A stretch of 64,000 bases of DNA from Eledone cirrhosa (taxonomy: Eukaryota): contig OZ024755.1 of NCBI GenBank assembly GCA_964016885.1, positions 32,674,001 through 32,738,000 on the forward strand, in the 5' to 3' direction. Below are positions 38,950 through 51,289 of the stretch, in pieces (position 1 is the stretch's first letter; each line of letters opens with the position of its first letter). Made by a program: the position numbers and the translations under genes. Under the pieces are notes generated by a model that did not search any database, was not told the DNA's origin, and saw only the letters and a program-made list of their open reading frames with translations.

Positions 38950-40332
38950 GGGTGGTGGATTGGCAGTATCGGTAGAGGGTCGGACACCATGGGTGGTGGA
39001 TTGGCAGTATCGGTAGAGGGTCGGACACCATGGGCGGTGGATTTGCAGTATCAGTAGAGGGTCGGATGCCATGGGTGGTGGATTGGCAGTATCGGTAGAG
39101 GGTCGGACGCCATAGCTGGTGGATTGGCAGTATCGGTAGAGGGTTGGACCCCATGGGTGGTGGATTGGCAGTATCGGTAGAGGGTCAGACACCATGGGTG
39201 GTGGATTGGCAGTATCGGTAGAGGGTCGGACGCCATGGGTGGTGGATTGGCAGTATCGGTAGAGGGACGGATGCCATGGGTGGTGGATTGGCAGTATCGG
39301 TAGAGGGTCGGATGCCATGGGTGGTGGATTGGCAGTATCGGTAGAGGGTCGGACACCATGGGTGGTGGATTGGCAGTATCGGTAGAGGGTCGGACGCCAT
39401 AGCTGGTGGATTGGCAGTATCGGTAGAGGGTTGGACCCCATGGGTGGTGGATTGGCAGTATCGGTAGAGGGTCGGACACCATGGGTGGTGGATTGGCAGT
39501 ATCGGTAGAGGGTCGGATGCCATGGGTGGTGGATTGGCAGTATCGGTAGAGGGTCGGACGCCATGGGTGGTGGATTGGCAGTAATGGTAGAGGGTCGGAC
39601 ACCATGGGTGGTGGATTTGCAGTATCGGTAGAGGGTCGGACACCATGGGTGGTGGATTGGCAGTAACGGTAGAGGGTTGGACACCATGGGTGGTGGATTG
39701 GCAGTATCGGTAGAGGGTCGGACGCCATAGCTGGTGGATTGGCAGTATCGGTAGAAGGTTGGACCCCATGGGTGGTGGATTGGCAGTATCGGTAGAGGGT
39801 CGGACACCATGGGTGGTGGATTGGCAGTATCGGTAGAGGGTCGGACGCCATGGGTGGTGGATTGGCAGTATCGGTAGAGGGTCGGACGCCATGGGTGGTG
39901 GATTGGCAGTATCGGTAGAGGGACGGATGCCATGGGTGGTGGATTGGCAGTATCGGTAGAGGGTCGGATGCCATGGGTGGTGGATTGGCAGTATCGGTAG
40001 AGGGTCGGACACCATGGGTGGTGGATTGGCAGTATCGGTAGAGGGTCGGACGCCATGGGTGGTGGATTGGCAGTAATGGTAGAGGTCGGACACCATGGGT
40101 GGTGGATTTGCAGTATCGGTAGAGGGTTGGACACCATGGGTGGTGGATTGGCAGTATTGGTAGAGGGTCGGACGCCATGCTTTGCAGCAAAGAGTTACGG
40201 CCCTTTATAATCTGAGTTTAAATCCCGCCGAGGTTAACTTTGCCTTTCATCCTTACGGGGGTCTATAAAATAAAGTACCAGTAATGTACTGAGGTAATTG
40301 CTGGCCTTGTGCCAAAAAGTAGAAACAATTAT
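38950..40332 (+). mobile_element. SINE family A whose 5' 41 bp are amplified about 30 times (38950-40178)
   Basis: Unit GGGTGGTGGATTGGCAGTATCGGTAGAGGGTCGGACACCAT; the last unit continues into a normal SINE body. Confidence 0.92.
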
Positions 40333-40339
40333 TTTAACC

Positions 40340-40388
40340 ATCATTGTCATCATCAATATCATTATCATCACTGTCATCATTGTTATGG

Positions 40389-40430
<42 letters not shown>

Positions 40431-41197
40431 TAATCACCACAACCTATCTCCTCCTCCTCACCCTCACCACTATCACCATCATCAGCTCTACTGATGTTGT
40501 CATTACCAATAGTACCATTATCACCATCATCACCACCACCACCACCATCACTACCACCACCACCACCACCACCACTACCACCACCACCATCACTACCACC
40601 ACCACCACCACCACCATCACCACCACCACCACCATCACCACCACTGCCATCGCCATTCTACTGATGTTGTCATCAGTCTAACCCATGTTAGCGTGGAAGA
40701 TAGACGTTAAACGATGATGATGATGATGATGATGATGATTACCAATAATACCACTCGTCATCATCCCCACCATCACCACCACCACCACTATCATCATCAC
40801 CACCACCATCCCCCTCATCATCATCATCATCATCATCATTACCACCACCACCATCGACATCATCACCACCACCACCACCACTGTTATCATTACCATCACC
40901 ATTATCACCATCACCACCAGTTGTCATCATTACCATCACCATCACCACTATCATCATTATCACCATCATCGTTATCATCACCATCACCACCACCAGCACC
41001 TCCACCATCACCACCACCACCACCACCACCTCCACCACCAATGATGTCATCATTACCATCATTATCACCACCACCGTTATCATCACCATCACCACCACCA
41101 CTACCACCACCTCCACCATCACCATCACCACCTCCACCATCACCACCATCACCACCACCACCACCAATGATGTCATCATCACCATCACCACCATCAT
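40340..41197. repeat. (CAT/CAC)n and (GAT)n microsatellites with a short RTE tail at about 40676-40740
   Basis: Directly visible. Confidence 0.9.
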
Positions 41198-42841
41198 AGT
41201 AATTTTGCTTCTAAGAAAGATTTATTCTTTTATTGATATTAATTTCTTTTGGCATAGAAAAAATAAAAACAATAAATAAAAACAAAGAAAAAAGAACATC
41301 AGAGAAACCTTCAAAAGTCAGCATATTGATTCTCAAGTGTAATACAAAGACATAAAACTGATCTCTAATGTAGCAAGAAGAAGAAGAAGAAAAAAAGATT
41401 AAAATTTCAAACAATTTCTTTTATCAAATATTTGATAATTTCATTTCATAATGAAGCTTTCTAAAATGTATAAAAATATTTAGTCTTTAAATTAACACTT
41501 CTTACACTTAATATGGGTTTTGTAATTTTTTTTGTCTTTTGTTTGTTTGCTTTTTGGATTTTTTTGTTGCTGTTGCATTTTGGTTGTAAAGTAGCTCTAC
41601 TATGAAATTAGTTCCAAATATAGACAGCAGGGTGGTGGTGGTGCAAATTGTCAACCTCCTTTACTTGTGTCAGATCATAAAAGGAGATCCTTTTAAGTGT
41701 TTTAAACCAAATTTCCCCCTGCTTGTTATCAGCACTGAAACACAACTCTAAAGATTCAAAGTTAAAAAGGAAAGATGGAAGCAAAAAACTAATGCATTTA
41801 ATAGTCTGCACTCCAATTTGGACAAAAATTCACTCTATAATTTCCTTTGCTCACTAACATTGTGTTCTCCTTTGACCTAATTTCACCGAAGTCAATGAAG
41901 TAATTTTTAGATTTTCATCATGTTTTAACAGAACTCTAACTAAATCGAAACTTGGGTTCAATAACTTCCTATTATGATTTTCAGATTTTTGTTTGACAAA
42001 CACATTTTTTTTTTTTTTTTTTTTTTTTTTCACTTAATCATTGTGGCAGCACTTGTTCAGTAAAATGAAGTCAAGCTGGTAATTTTTGTAGTTACAATAT
42101 TACATGATAGAAATTAATATTGTATAAAAATCTGTACGAAATTTCTTGAAACCAACATATTTTGAATATCAAAGGATGTATAATGAGGTTTTATATTTTA
42201 TTGCTTGCTCTAGCCATTTCAATTGAACATTGAATATTACAGAATTTAATTTTACTGCATTTATTAATCTGAGGTCTTATATTAGTGTAAGAAATTTATG
42301 TTCATAGCTTGTTGGATAAAACAAACAGTAATACATATATTTGCTGATATTGAATGCAAAGTACCCTACATATTCAGATGCTACAGTACACCTGGTAATC
42401 AAAATATTATCTCTACAGAAAAGAACGTTTTACACAGAGAATTGAAACAAAAAAAAAGTGTTTCAATGAAATATCTATGACAGGTAAACCTAGAATATTT
42501 GAGAAGATTCTTAAATTTTCTCTTAAAAGGACTCTTGTGTATTTTATTACCAGCATCATCTTTTTATAAATAGACATAAAACAGTCTTGATGCTGAGGAT
42601 GATGGTGACAAGAATGAAAGCAAAACCAAAAAATTACTTTAAATAAAATAAGCAATTGCCAGCAGAGTATTTGCAATAAAGAAATAGTCTAAGAACAGAA
42701 AAATTAATACAAGCCACTTTTATTAATGATATAAATACTGACCCATTGTTCAGATGTATAACCCTCCATTTCTTTGACTCTATTCTTAAGATTAGTTACC
42801 CCATTAATTCTGTCAATGTTCTCACCTTTTTTTCTACTTTC

Positions 42842-43259
42842 TTAACCCTTTAGCATTTCAACTGGCCAGAACCGACCAGAATCATCTCATCTCTTTCTGC
42901 TCAAACCAGCCATAACCAGCCACTCTTACCGATGTTAAGGTATTGTTCTCAAAATAAATAATTGTTTCAACTTTTGGCACAAGGCCAGCAATTATTCCAG
43001 TGTATTACTGGTACTTTATTTTATCGACCCCGTAAGGATGAAAGGTAAAGTTAACCTCGGCGGGATTTGAACTCAAATCATAAAGGGCCGTAACTCTTTG
43101 CTGCAAAGCATGGCGCCCAACCCTCTACCGCTACTGCCAATCCACTGCCCCCAAAATAAATAATATCAAAATCTCATAGATTCGATATTATGTGAGATAA
43201 AGCCTTTACTGTGAAAGTACAATAGTAAATATAGAGTAATGTAAATGCTAAAGGGTTAA
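42842..43259 (+). mobile_element. piggyBac-type MITE with nested SINE family A (42963-43151, minus)
   Basis: Near-perfect ends TTAACCCTTTAGCATTT/AAATGCTAAAGGGTTAA; TSD CAAAATAAATAAT. Confidence 0.9.
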
Positions 43260-43469
43260 ATATCTATCACAAAACATTAATAAAAATATAGACTATTTCT
43301 TCCTCTCCAGAACTATAATATAAACTTTAGGCATTACTACCCCTGTATTCTTTTTGTCAATATCCCATAATTAAAATTACATATTACCCTTGTTTCTAAT
43401 GAAAAACATTACTTATGATTTTCTATTAATTTTGTAAATCAACAATTTGGAGGAATTTAGTAATATAAC

Positions 43470-43635
43470 ATAGAGTTACAACCCTTTAAATTCTGATTTC
43501 AAATCCTGCCAAGGTTAGCTTTGCCTTTCATCCTTATGGGGTTGAAAAAATAAAGCATCAGTAACATTGGGGTTGATTTAATCAACTTTCTACTCCCGTA
43601 AAATTGCCGGCCTTGAGCCTAAATCAGAAACCATT
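43470..43635 (+). mobile_element. SINE family A (long 3' variant), 5'-truncated
   Basis: CTTTGCCTTTCATCCTTATGGGGTTGAAAAAATAAAG core. Confidence 0.75.
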
Positions 43636-44698
43636 ATTAAATTGGTGTTTGGAACTTAACAAAATTTCTTCTATAAATTTTCTGACAGAAGGTTTAGATT
43701 TGAATATGAACACATTAAAATAAAGTTTTTGTTTTTTTTCATAGAACTAGAAGCAGTTTATAATGAAGAGGGTTAAGTATAAATATCAACAAATACCCAA
43801 TGATTCTATTTTGTAAATGTGGTTGGCGTTAGGAAGGAGATCCAGCTGTAGAAACCCTGTGTGAGCAAAACAGGGTCCTCCAACCTGAGCTCTCACAATG
43901 GAACAGCCCGTCCTACCTATGCTAGTGTGGAAAATGGCTGTTAAACGATGATGATGATGATTATACTTTTGGCAATTCTTTATAGATTAACAAATAACAA
44001 TATTTTTTGAAAATATGTTAACTTAAAGTTTCAACGTAGATTTTTTTTTACTATGAAAAATAGTCTAACAAGCTGGACATAGCCTCTAGAGATGGGAAAA
44101 AGTGGACAGCATCGCTTGTGGGATTCAAACTCACATCTGTCGTATAAATAACTAAAATATTTTGAATGGTTGGATAAATTTAGTAGATAGCATTGCACTT
44201 CATCATTGCTTCAGTGTAAAATAATTATGTTGCTACAAATATGATATATAGGTGAAAGTAATTTAAAGAAAGAGACAAGAAAAACAGGATTGAAAGAGTA
44301 TAAGAATGTCTGTATGCTAACCAAGGAATCCTATAATGTGGGTATTAATGTGTAAATATCAATAATCTCTCTCTCTATATATATATATGTATGTGTGTAT
44401 ATATATATATATGTGTGTGTGTGTGTATATATATATATCATCATCCATCATCATCATCCTTGTTTAACGTCCACTTTCCACGCTAGCATGGGTTATATAT
44501 ATATATAGTAATAATAATAAATTTGAAAACTAAAATCCAAAGAGGGCTTGATAAGGATAAATATATATATAACCAAAGTTTAATATGGTTCGTTGATTAT
44601 TCAATGAATACAATTTTACAATAGATTAGAAGCACTCGACAGAAGATTTTCCTGGAATTGAATAATCAAAACCGTAGCGGTATGTCACATATCAAATC

Positions 44699-44767
44699 AT
44701 ATATTTTATCTGATGAAAACATACTTAAACACCATTGTACCTTTGCAATATGTATAATAAAATATAT
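44699..44767 (+). ncRNA. decayed hammerhead motif, paralogue of 47149-47214
   Basis: AUAUAUUUUAU-CUGAUGA-...-GCAA-UAUGUA-UA|AUAAAAUAUAU. Stem I is 11 bp; GAAA is mutated to GCAA and stem II is decayed. Confidence 0.5.
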
Positions 44768-44807
44768 ATTTTGATTATGAGAATATTTTTCATTTATTAA
44801 CATTTTG

Positions 44808-44845
<38 letters not shown>

Positions 44846-45019
44846 CCACACACACTGTAAATGTGTTTGGTGTTAAGAAGGGCATCCAGGTGTAAAAAAG
44901 TGGCAGAGAGACAGTCTCCCGAACATTCCTACATCAAATGGAACAAAACCGTCTAACCCATGCTAGCATGGAAGATAGACGTTAAACGATGATGATGGTG
45001 GTATATATATATATATACA

Positions 45020-45368
45020 GGAGGCACATGGCTTAGTGGTTAGAGCATTGGCCTTGCAATCAAAAGGTTGTGAGTTCAATTCTCAGACTGGGTGATGTGT
45101 TGTTTCCTTGAGCAAGACACTTTATTTCACATTGCTCCAGTTTACTCAGCTGTAGAAATGAGATGATAGGGACTGGGGTCCATATCATTCCACTGCAAAG
45201 TGGTCGTGGAGGTGCCACGGCAAAAAAGCACCCAGCACTCACTGTAAATGAGGTTGGTGTTAGGAAGGGCATCCAGCTGTAGAAACCAAGCCAGAATCAG
45301 TTCCCGTCCCACCCTTGCAAGCAGGGAAAAAGCGGACGTAAAATGAAATGATGATGATGAAATGATGA
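45020..45368 (+). mobile_element. SINE family B (CORE-like + RTE tail)
   Basis: Near-identical to 1234-1567. Confidence 0.85.
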
Positions 45369-46074
45369 TACACACACACATACACAAATTTGTATATTAA
45401 CTCTTGTGTCACTAGCATGTACATACACACATACATTTATAAACCTAAAGAATGAATATAAGATAATTGATAAAATCTGGAATCTTTATTGCAGCAAAAT
45501 GATACACAATACTCATTCAGGATATTTATTTTATCAAAAAAAAATTTAAATGCCTAATAACTACTTCCTCTTAGAATTCTATACTATCAGGAAAACATTA
45601 AAACATTTGGCAAGTTTTCCTATCCATACTGCCATATTATTAGATAACAGATGAAAACTATCTTATATCTTAAACAGAAATCCATTTAGCTTTCATGAAG
45701 TCCATACCTCCCAAAGTGAAATATATCTAGCAGCTATGTTGGAGATTATTTTTCAGCAGGATTCTTGAAATGAATTTTCATGACTATTCCTTCTTAAGGA
45801 TTTAATAAATCAACATTTATTGGGCTAATTTGATAAATATTTGGTAGTATATTATGGTGGCTTCTCCTTACAGAATAAGAAAACTATGATTTAAAATTCC
45901 CAATTAAAATATTGTTATCTAATGAAATATACAGCTGCAGATAGCAAGAAGATTATAGTGGTTCCTAGTTTATGAGCAACACAGATAATATTTCTGGTTT
46001 GTCCTTTTCTGTTATTCTTCAATGGTTCTTATATTGGTTTTAAATCATTAGACTGTGGTCATGCTGGAGCACTA

Positions 46075-46278
46075 CCTTTACCATTTACATTACTCTATAT
46101 TTTCTATTGTATTTTCACAGTAAAAGCTTTATCTCACATAATATTGAATCTACGAGATTTTGATGTTATTTATGTTGAGAACAATACCTTAACATCAGTA
46201 CAAGCAGCCAGTTATGGCCAGTTTGAACAGAAAGAGGTGAGAGAATTCTGGCCAGATATGGCTGCTTTAAAGGGTTAA
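46075..46278 (-). mobile_element. piggyBac-type MITE with damaged ends
   Basis: Body matches 14303-14517. Confidence 0.8.
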
Positions 46279-46399
46279 AGGGTAGTATTTCTTTTTACAA
46301 GTATGGTACTTATTTTATTGATCTCTTGTTGTTGAACTACTAAGTTATGGAACACAGACTGAGACAAAAATATAAATACAGACATGGACACACACACAT

Positions 46400-46852
46400 T
46401 GCAGACCCAAGAAGACCTGGGATGAGGTGATAAAAACCGACCTTACCCAATTACACCTCTCAAAGGCGATGACACACGACCGTGACCTCTGGCGACACGC
46501 AGTAATACAGAAGACCCGACCCCCACGGGTACAAGCCGATGCTGAAGCATATAAACAATATGCCCCCACACCCTCCCACTGCAAAGTGGATGTGTAGGCG
46601 CCACGGAAAAAAAAGCACCCAGCACTCGCTGTAAAGTGGTCATGGAGGCACCACAGAAAAAAAGCACCCAGCACTCACTGTAAATGAGGTTGGTGTTAGA
46701 AAGGGCATCCAGCTGTAGAAATCAAGCCAGAATCAGTTCCTGTATGAGCAAGACAAGGTCAGCCGACCGGACACTGCCCACAACAGGACAACCCGTCTAA
46801 CCCATGCTAGCGTGGAAGAACGGACGTAAAACGGTGATGATGATGATGATTG
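46400..46852 (+). mobile_element. RTE LINE 3' end (ORF C-terminus + UTR + (GAT)n)
   Basis: RPKKTWDEVIKTDLTQLHLSKAMTHDRDLWRHAVIQKTRPP, followed by a UTR shared with SINE B. Confidence 0.85.
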
Positions 46853-47148
46853 TTATACTTGAGGAGGGTCATATTGTTGTAATAATATTGCCAGAAATAA
46901 TAACAGAACACACTCACTGTTTGGTTGGTTTTTGCTTCTGTATCTTTTATATCTCCATAGTTAATTTATTTGGCAATCAACGTTTATCATTGATTGACCA
47001 ATGGTTAAAAATACAGATCTAAATATATATATATATATATATATAATTAAAAGTTTAACAAGGTTCAATGAATTAATCAATGAATAAAGTTTCACAGTAG
47101 GACTGAATTATAACCATCAACATAGTCAAGGTATGTCAGGCATCAACT

Positions 47149-47214
47149 TATTTTATCTGATGAGGACGTACTGTTGAAATAGCTCAGTACCTCTGAAATA
47201 TGTATAATAAAATA
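47149..47214 (+). ncRNA. minimal type I hammerhead ribozyme motif
   Basis: UAUUUUAU-CUGAUGA-GGACGUACUG(UUGAAAUAGCU)CAGUACCUCU-GAAA-UAUGUA-UA|AUAAAAUA. Core intact; 8-bp stem I; 10-bp stem II with one mismatch and one wobble; near-palindromic stem III AUAUGUAU. Lies in a (TA)n-flanked insert at 47047-47258. Confidence 0.75.
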
Positions 47215-47570
47215 TATTTGATCACATGAATGTCTATATTTATTAATATTTTGAATATATATATATATATATATATATAGTCTAACAAAGTTCTTTCATT
47301 GCACATCTGCAACATCATCAGTGGTACTATTATGTTGCCTCATGGTATTGTATTGTCTATGCCATTTTTATTTTTATAAATAAAAATTAAATTAAAAAGA
47401 GGGGTTCCTCTGGTAGAAGTGAAAATGCCCTGGATTGAGTTGAGTATCATTATTCAATATAAAAATAGCTCCTACAGCACTAAAACTATATTATTTGCTT
47501 ACACTCTATTAATGTATTGAGTACCTTTTTAACTGTGGTTACCCCCAATTTCTCTCACATGTATATACAC

Positions 47571-48300
47571 ACACACACAGGTGCATCACTCAGACACAGT
47601 ATATTACATATAAATTCACAACTCACACATACACACACACATGCAAACACACACACACGTGCATCACTCAGACACACAGTATATTACATATAAATTCACA
47701 ACTCACATATACACACACACATGCAAACACACACACACGTGCATCACTCAGACACACAGTATATTACATATAAATTCACAACTCACATATACACACACAC
47801 ATACAAACACACACACACGTGCATCACTCAGACACAGTATATTACATATAAATTCTCAACTCACATATACACACACACATGCAAACACACACACGTGCAT
47901 CACTCAGACACAGTATATTACATATAAATTCTCAACTCACATATACACACACACATGCAAACACACACACGTGCATCACTCAGACACAGTATATTACATA
48001 TAAATTCTCAACTCACATATACACACACACATGCAAACACACACACACGTGCATCACTCAGACACAGTATATTACATATAAATTCACAACTCACATATAC
48101 ACACACACATGCAAACACACACACACACGTGCAAACACACACACGTGCATCACTCAGACACAGTATATTACATATAAATTCTCAACTCACATATACACAC
48201 ACACATGCAAACACACACACACATGCAAACACACACACACGTGCATCACTCAGACACAGTATATTACATATAAATTCTCAACTCACATATACACACACAT
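47571..48300. repeat. about 76-80-bp minisatellite with variable (CA)n runs, about 9 units
   Basis: GTGCATCACTCAGACACAGTATATTACATATAAATTC recurs. Confidence 0.95.
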
Positions 48301-48414
48301 GTGTGTAGCACTATCACACAGTTGTTATCAGAATGTTGTATGAACTTTTAAATAATTATTTTTTCTCTAGATCTACAAGATTCTGGAAGTCCAATCCCTG
48401 CTCCTATTTTATCT

Positions 48415-50110
48415 TCACCCACTTATTCCGGTGAGGGTCATGGGAGCAGAGTCCTCAATCACTCCCTCCAGTGGGTCCTGTCAGAAGCAACAATCTCCAA
48501 CTGGATCCAGCTGGATCCACAAGTGAGACCAGCCAAGTCATGGATGTTATCCAACCATCTTGATTGGGGTCTACCCCTGGGTCTCCTGCCGGTTGGTTTT
48601 GCCTATCCAGCAATTCTTTCCTGAGACATTCTAACAACATGCCCATAGTATCAGAGCTGTGATCTCTTAATCTGGAGAAGTAGCAGCTCTACCTGGAGTG
48701 ACTCTCCAGTGATTCTTTCTGGAGACACTCTAACCACATGTCCATAGTATCAGAGCTGTGATCTCTTAATCTGGAGAAGTAGCAGCTCTACCTGGAGTGA
48801 CTCTCCAGCAATTCTTTCCTGAGACATTCTAACCACATGTCCATAGTATCAGAGCTGTGATCTCTTAATCTGGAGAAGTAGCAGCTCTACCTGGAGTGAC
48901 TCTCCAGCAATTCTTTCCTGAGACATTCTAACCACATGTCCATAGTATCAGAGCTGTGATCTCTTAATCTGGAGAAGTAGCAGCTCTACCTGGAGTGACT
49001 CTCCAGCAATTCTTTCCTGAGACATTCTAACCACATGTCCATAATATCAGAGCTGTGATCTCTTAATCTGGAGAAGTAGCAGCTCTACCTGGAGTGACTC
49101 TCCAGCAATTCTTTCCTGAGACATTCTAACCACATGCCCATAGTATCAGAGATGTGATCTCTTAATCTGGAGAAGTAGCAGCTCTACCTGGAGTGACTCT
49201 CCAGTGATTCTTTATGGAGACACTCTAACCACATGTCCATAGTATCAGAGCTGTGATCTCTCAATTCAGAGAAGTAGTGGCTCCACCTGGAGTGACTCTC
49301 CAGCAATTCTTTCCTGAGACATTCTAACCACATGCCCATAGTATCGGAGATGTGATCTCTTAATCTGGAGAAGTAGCAGCTCTACCTGGAGTGACTCTCC
49401 AGTGATTCTTTCTGGAGACACTCTAACCACATGTCCATAGTATCAGAGCTGTGATCTCTTAATCTGGAGAAGTAGCAGCTCTACCTGGAGTGACTCTCCA
49501 GCAATTCTTTCCTGAGACATTCTAACCACATGTCCATAGTATCAGAGCTGTGATCTCTTAATCTGGAGAAGTAGCAGCTCTACCTGGAGTGACACTCCAG
49601 TGATTCTTTCTGAGACATTCTAACAACATGCCCATAGTATCGGAGCTGTGATCTCTCAATTCAGAGAAGTAGTGGCTCTACCTGGAGTGACTCTCCAGCA
49701 ATTCTTTCCTGAGACATTCTAACCACATGTCCATTGTATCGGAGCTGTGATCTCTTAATCTGGAGAAGTAGCAGCTCTACTTGGAGCAGCCGTCTCTAAC
49801 TTATCTGGCTGGATATCCAAGTGTGAGCAGTCAAGGTCATGGATGTTATCCAACCTTCTTGCTCGGGGTCTACCCCTGGGTCTCTTGCCAACTGGTTTTG
49901 CCCATAAAATCTGTCCAGCAATTTTTTCCTGTGACATTCTAACTACATGACCATAATAGCGGAGCTATGATCTCTCAACTCAGAAAAGTAGCAGCTCTAC
50001 CTGGAGTGACTCTCTGATCTCCGAGTTATGCACCTTATTGAGTAACGTTACTCCAAAGAGCCTTCAGAGGAATCCCATTTTGGCCGCTATTCTTTCAGTC
50101 ATTACCCAAA
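48415..50110 (-). mobile_element. RTE LINE 3' fragments with an internal 99-bp array (48607 to about 49785, about 12 units)
   Basis: The unit translates on the minus strand as ESLQVELLLLQIKRSQL*YYGHVVRMSQERIAG. A neighbouring fragment gives KPVGKRPRGRPRARRLDNI. Confidence 0.85.
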
Positions 50111-50961
50111 CAGTCCAAAACAAACTTTAACCACACAAGCACAGCTAGATATTCATACCTTTTATTGTAAATTTGTTATAAGATAATGTTATTTGTGATA
50201 AAAAAAAATGAAAGAAAAAGTCCTAAAACTTTATAAACAAGATATGAAAGTAAATAATCCCAGACATAGCCAAATAACTACTAATGAAATGAGGTTTACG
50301 ATACAAAACAACACTGACTATAGAGCTTTTCATAATATAACCATTATAGATACAGGTTTTCCTATGTAAACATAATTACCTCTGACATTGGTGCAAGGTT
50401 ACACTATAAAAACATTAATAATATCAGTTGAATAATAGAGAAAATGTTGATACCAAACATATAACTGATAGAGAACATAGTGCAATGGTCACTATGAGAT
50501 AAAAATCTTAGATGTACAGCAGACATTGTTATAAGGGAGAAGACAAAGCATTAGTCACTGTAGAAATAGTTACAAACATGGAACAATTATAAAGCATTCA
50601 TGCTTGACAAAAAAATATAGGAGAATTAAATAAATTTAAAAAAAAAACTAGTACAGCAACAAAAATAAAATGAAAAAATAAAAGTAAATAAAAAAAGATT
50701 GAAGCTGTGAAGAAGACACATGAGGATTTCAAAAGTCTGAAAGACAAAGAGTTGTTAATCTTATAAGATGGTAATTTTATCAGAACAGAACGGATGTTTT
50801 CATAAACAATTCCCTACTGGTGTAAACTGCATATTTTCAACAACTTTTCCTGAGTCATTAGCCAGTGGGTAATTCCTAAGACTAAGGATACAGACTAGCT
50901 TGTGTATGGCAAGCAGGACTGGTCTGGTTTGGCCTGGTCTGGTCTGGTTGGGTTGGGTGGT

Positions 50962-50996
<35 letters not shown>

Positions 50997-51289
50997 AAGT
51001 CTAACAACAAGAATAACAAGAGGATGGAGTGGCTGCTTGCGAGCTGGACTGGTGAGAGGGAAGCAGCTATAAAGAAGTGAATGATGGGGAAAGCAGCAGT
51101 CCAAGTGAGGATGGAGGGAGGGCAGGATAAGAATAATAATAATAATAATGAAATATATTGAGAATAATGAGAAATAGCAGGCAAAAAGAATCAAACAAAA
51201 GACCTCCCCACAAAAAAAAGTAGACAAATAAAAAGAGATTAAGGAAAGAAAGGACACTTCCATTAATGTCACTGCAGTATATCATTGTC

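Noticed and set aside
38938-40190. 300-400 aa Pro-rich ORFs, or a CRISPR-like array
   Set aside because: Pure head-to-tail SINE-derived repeats with no unique spacers, no cas genes and a eukaryotic context.
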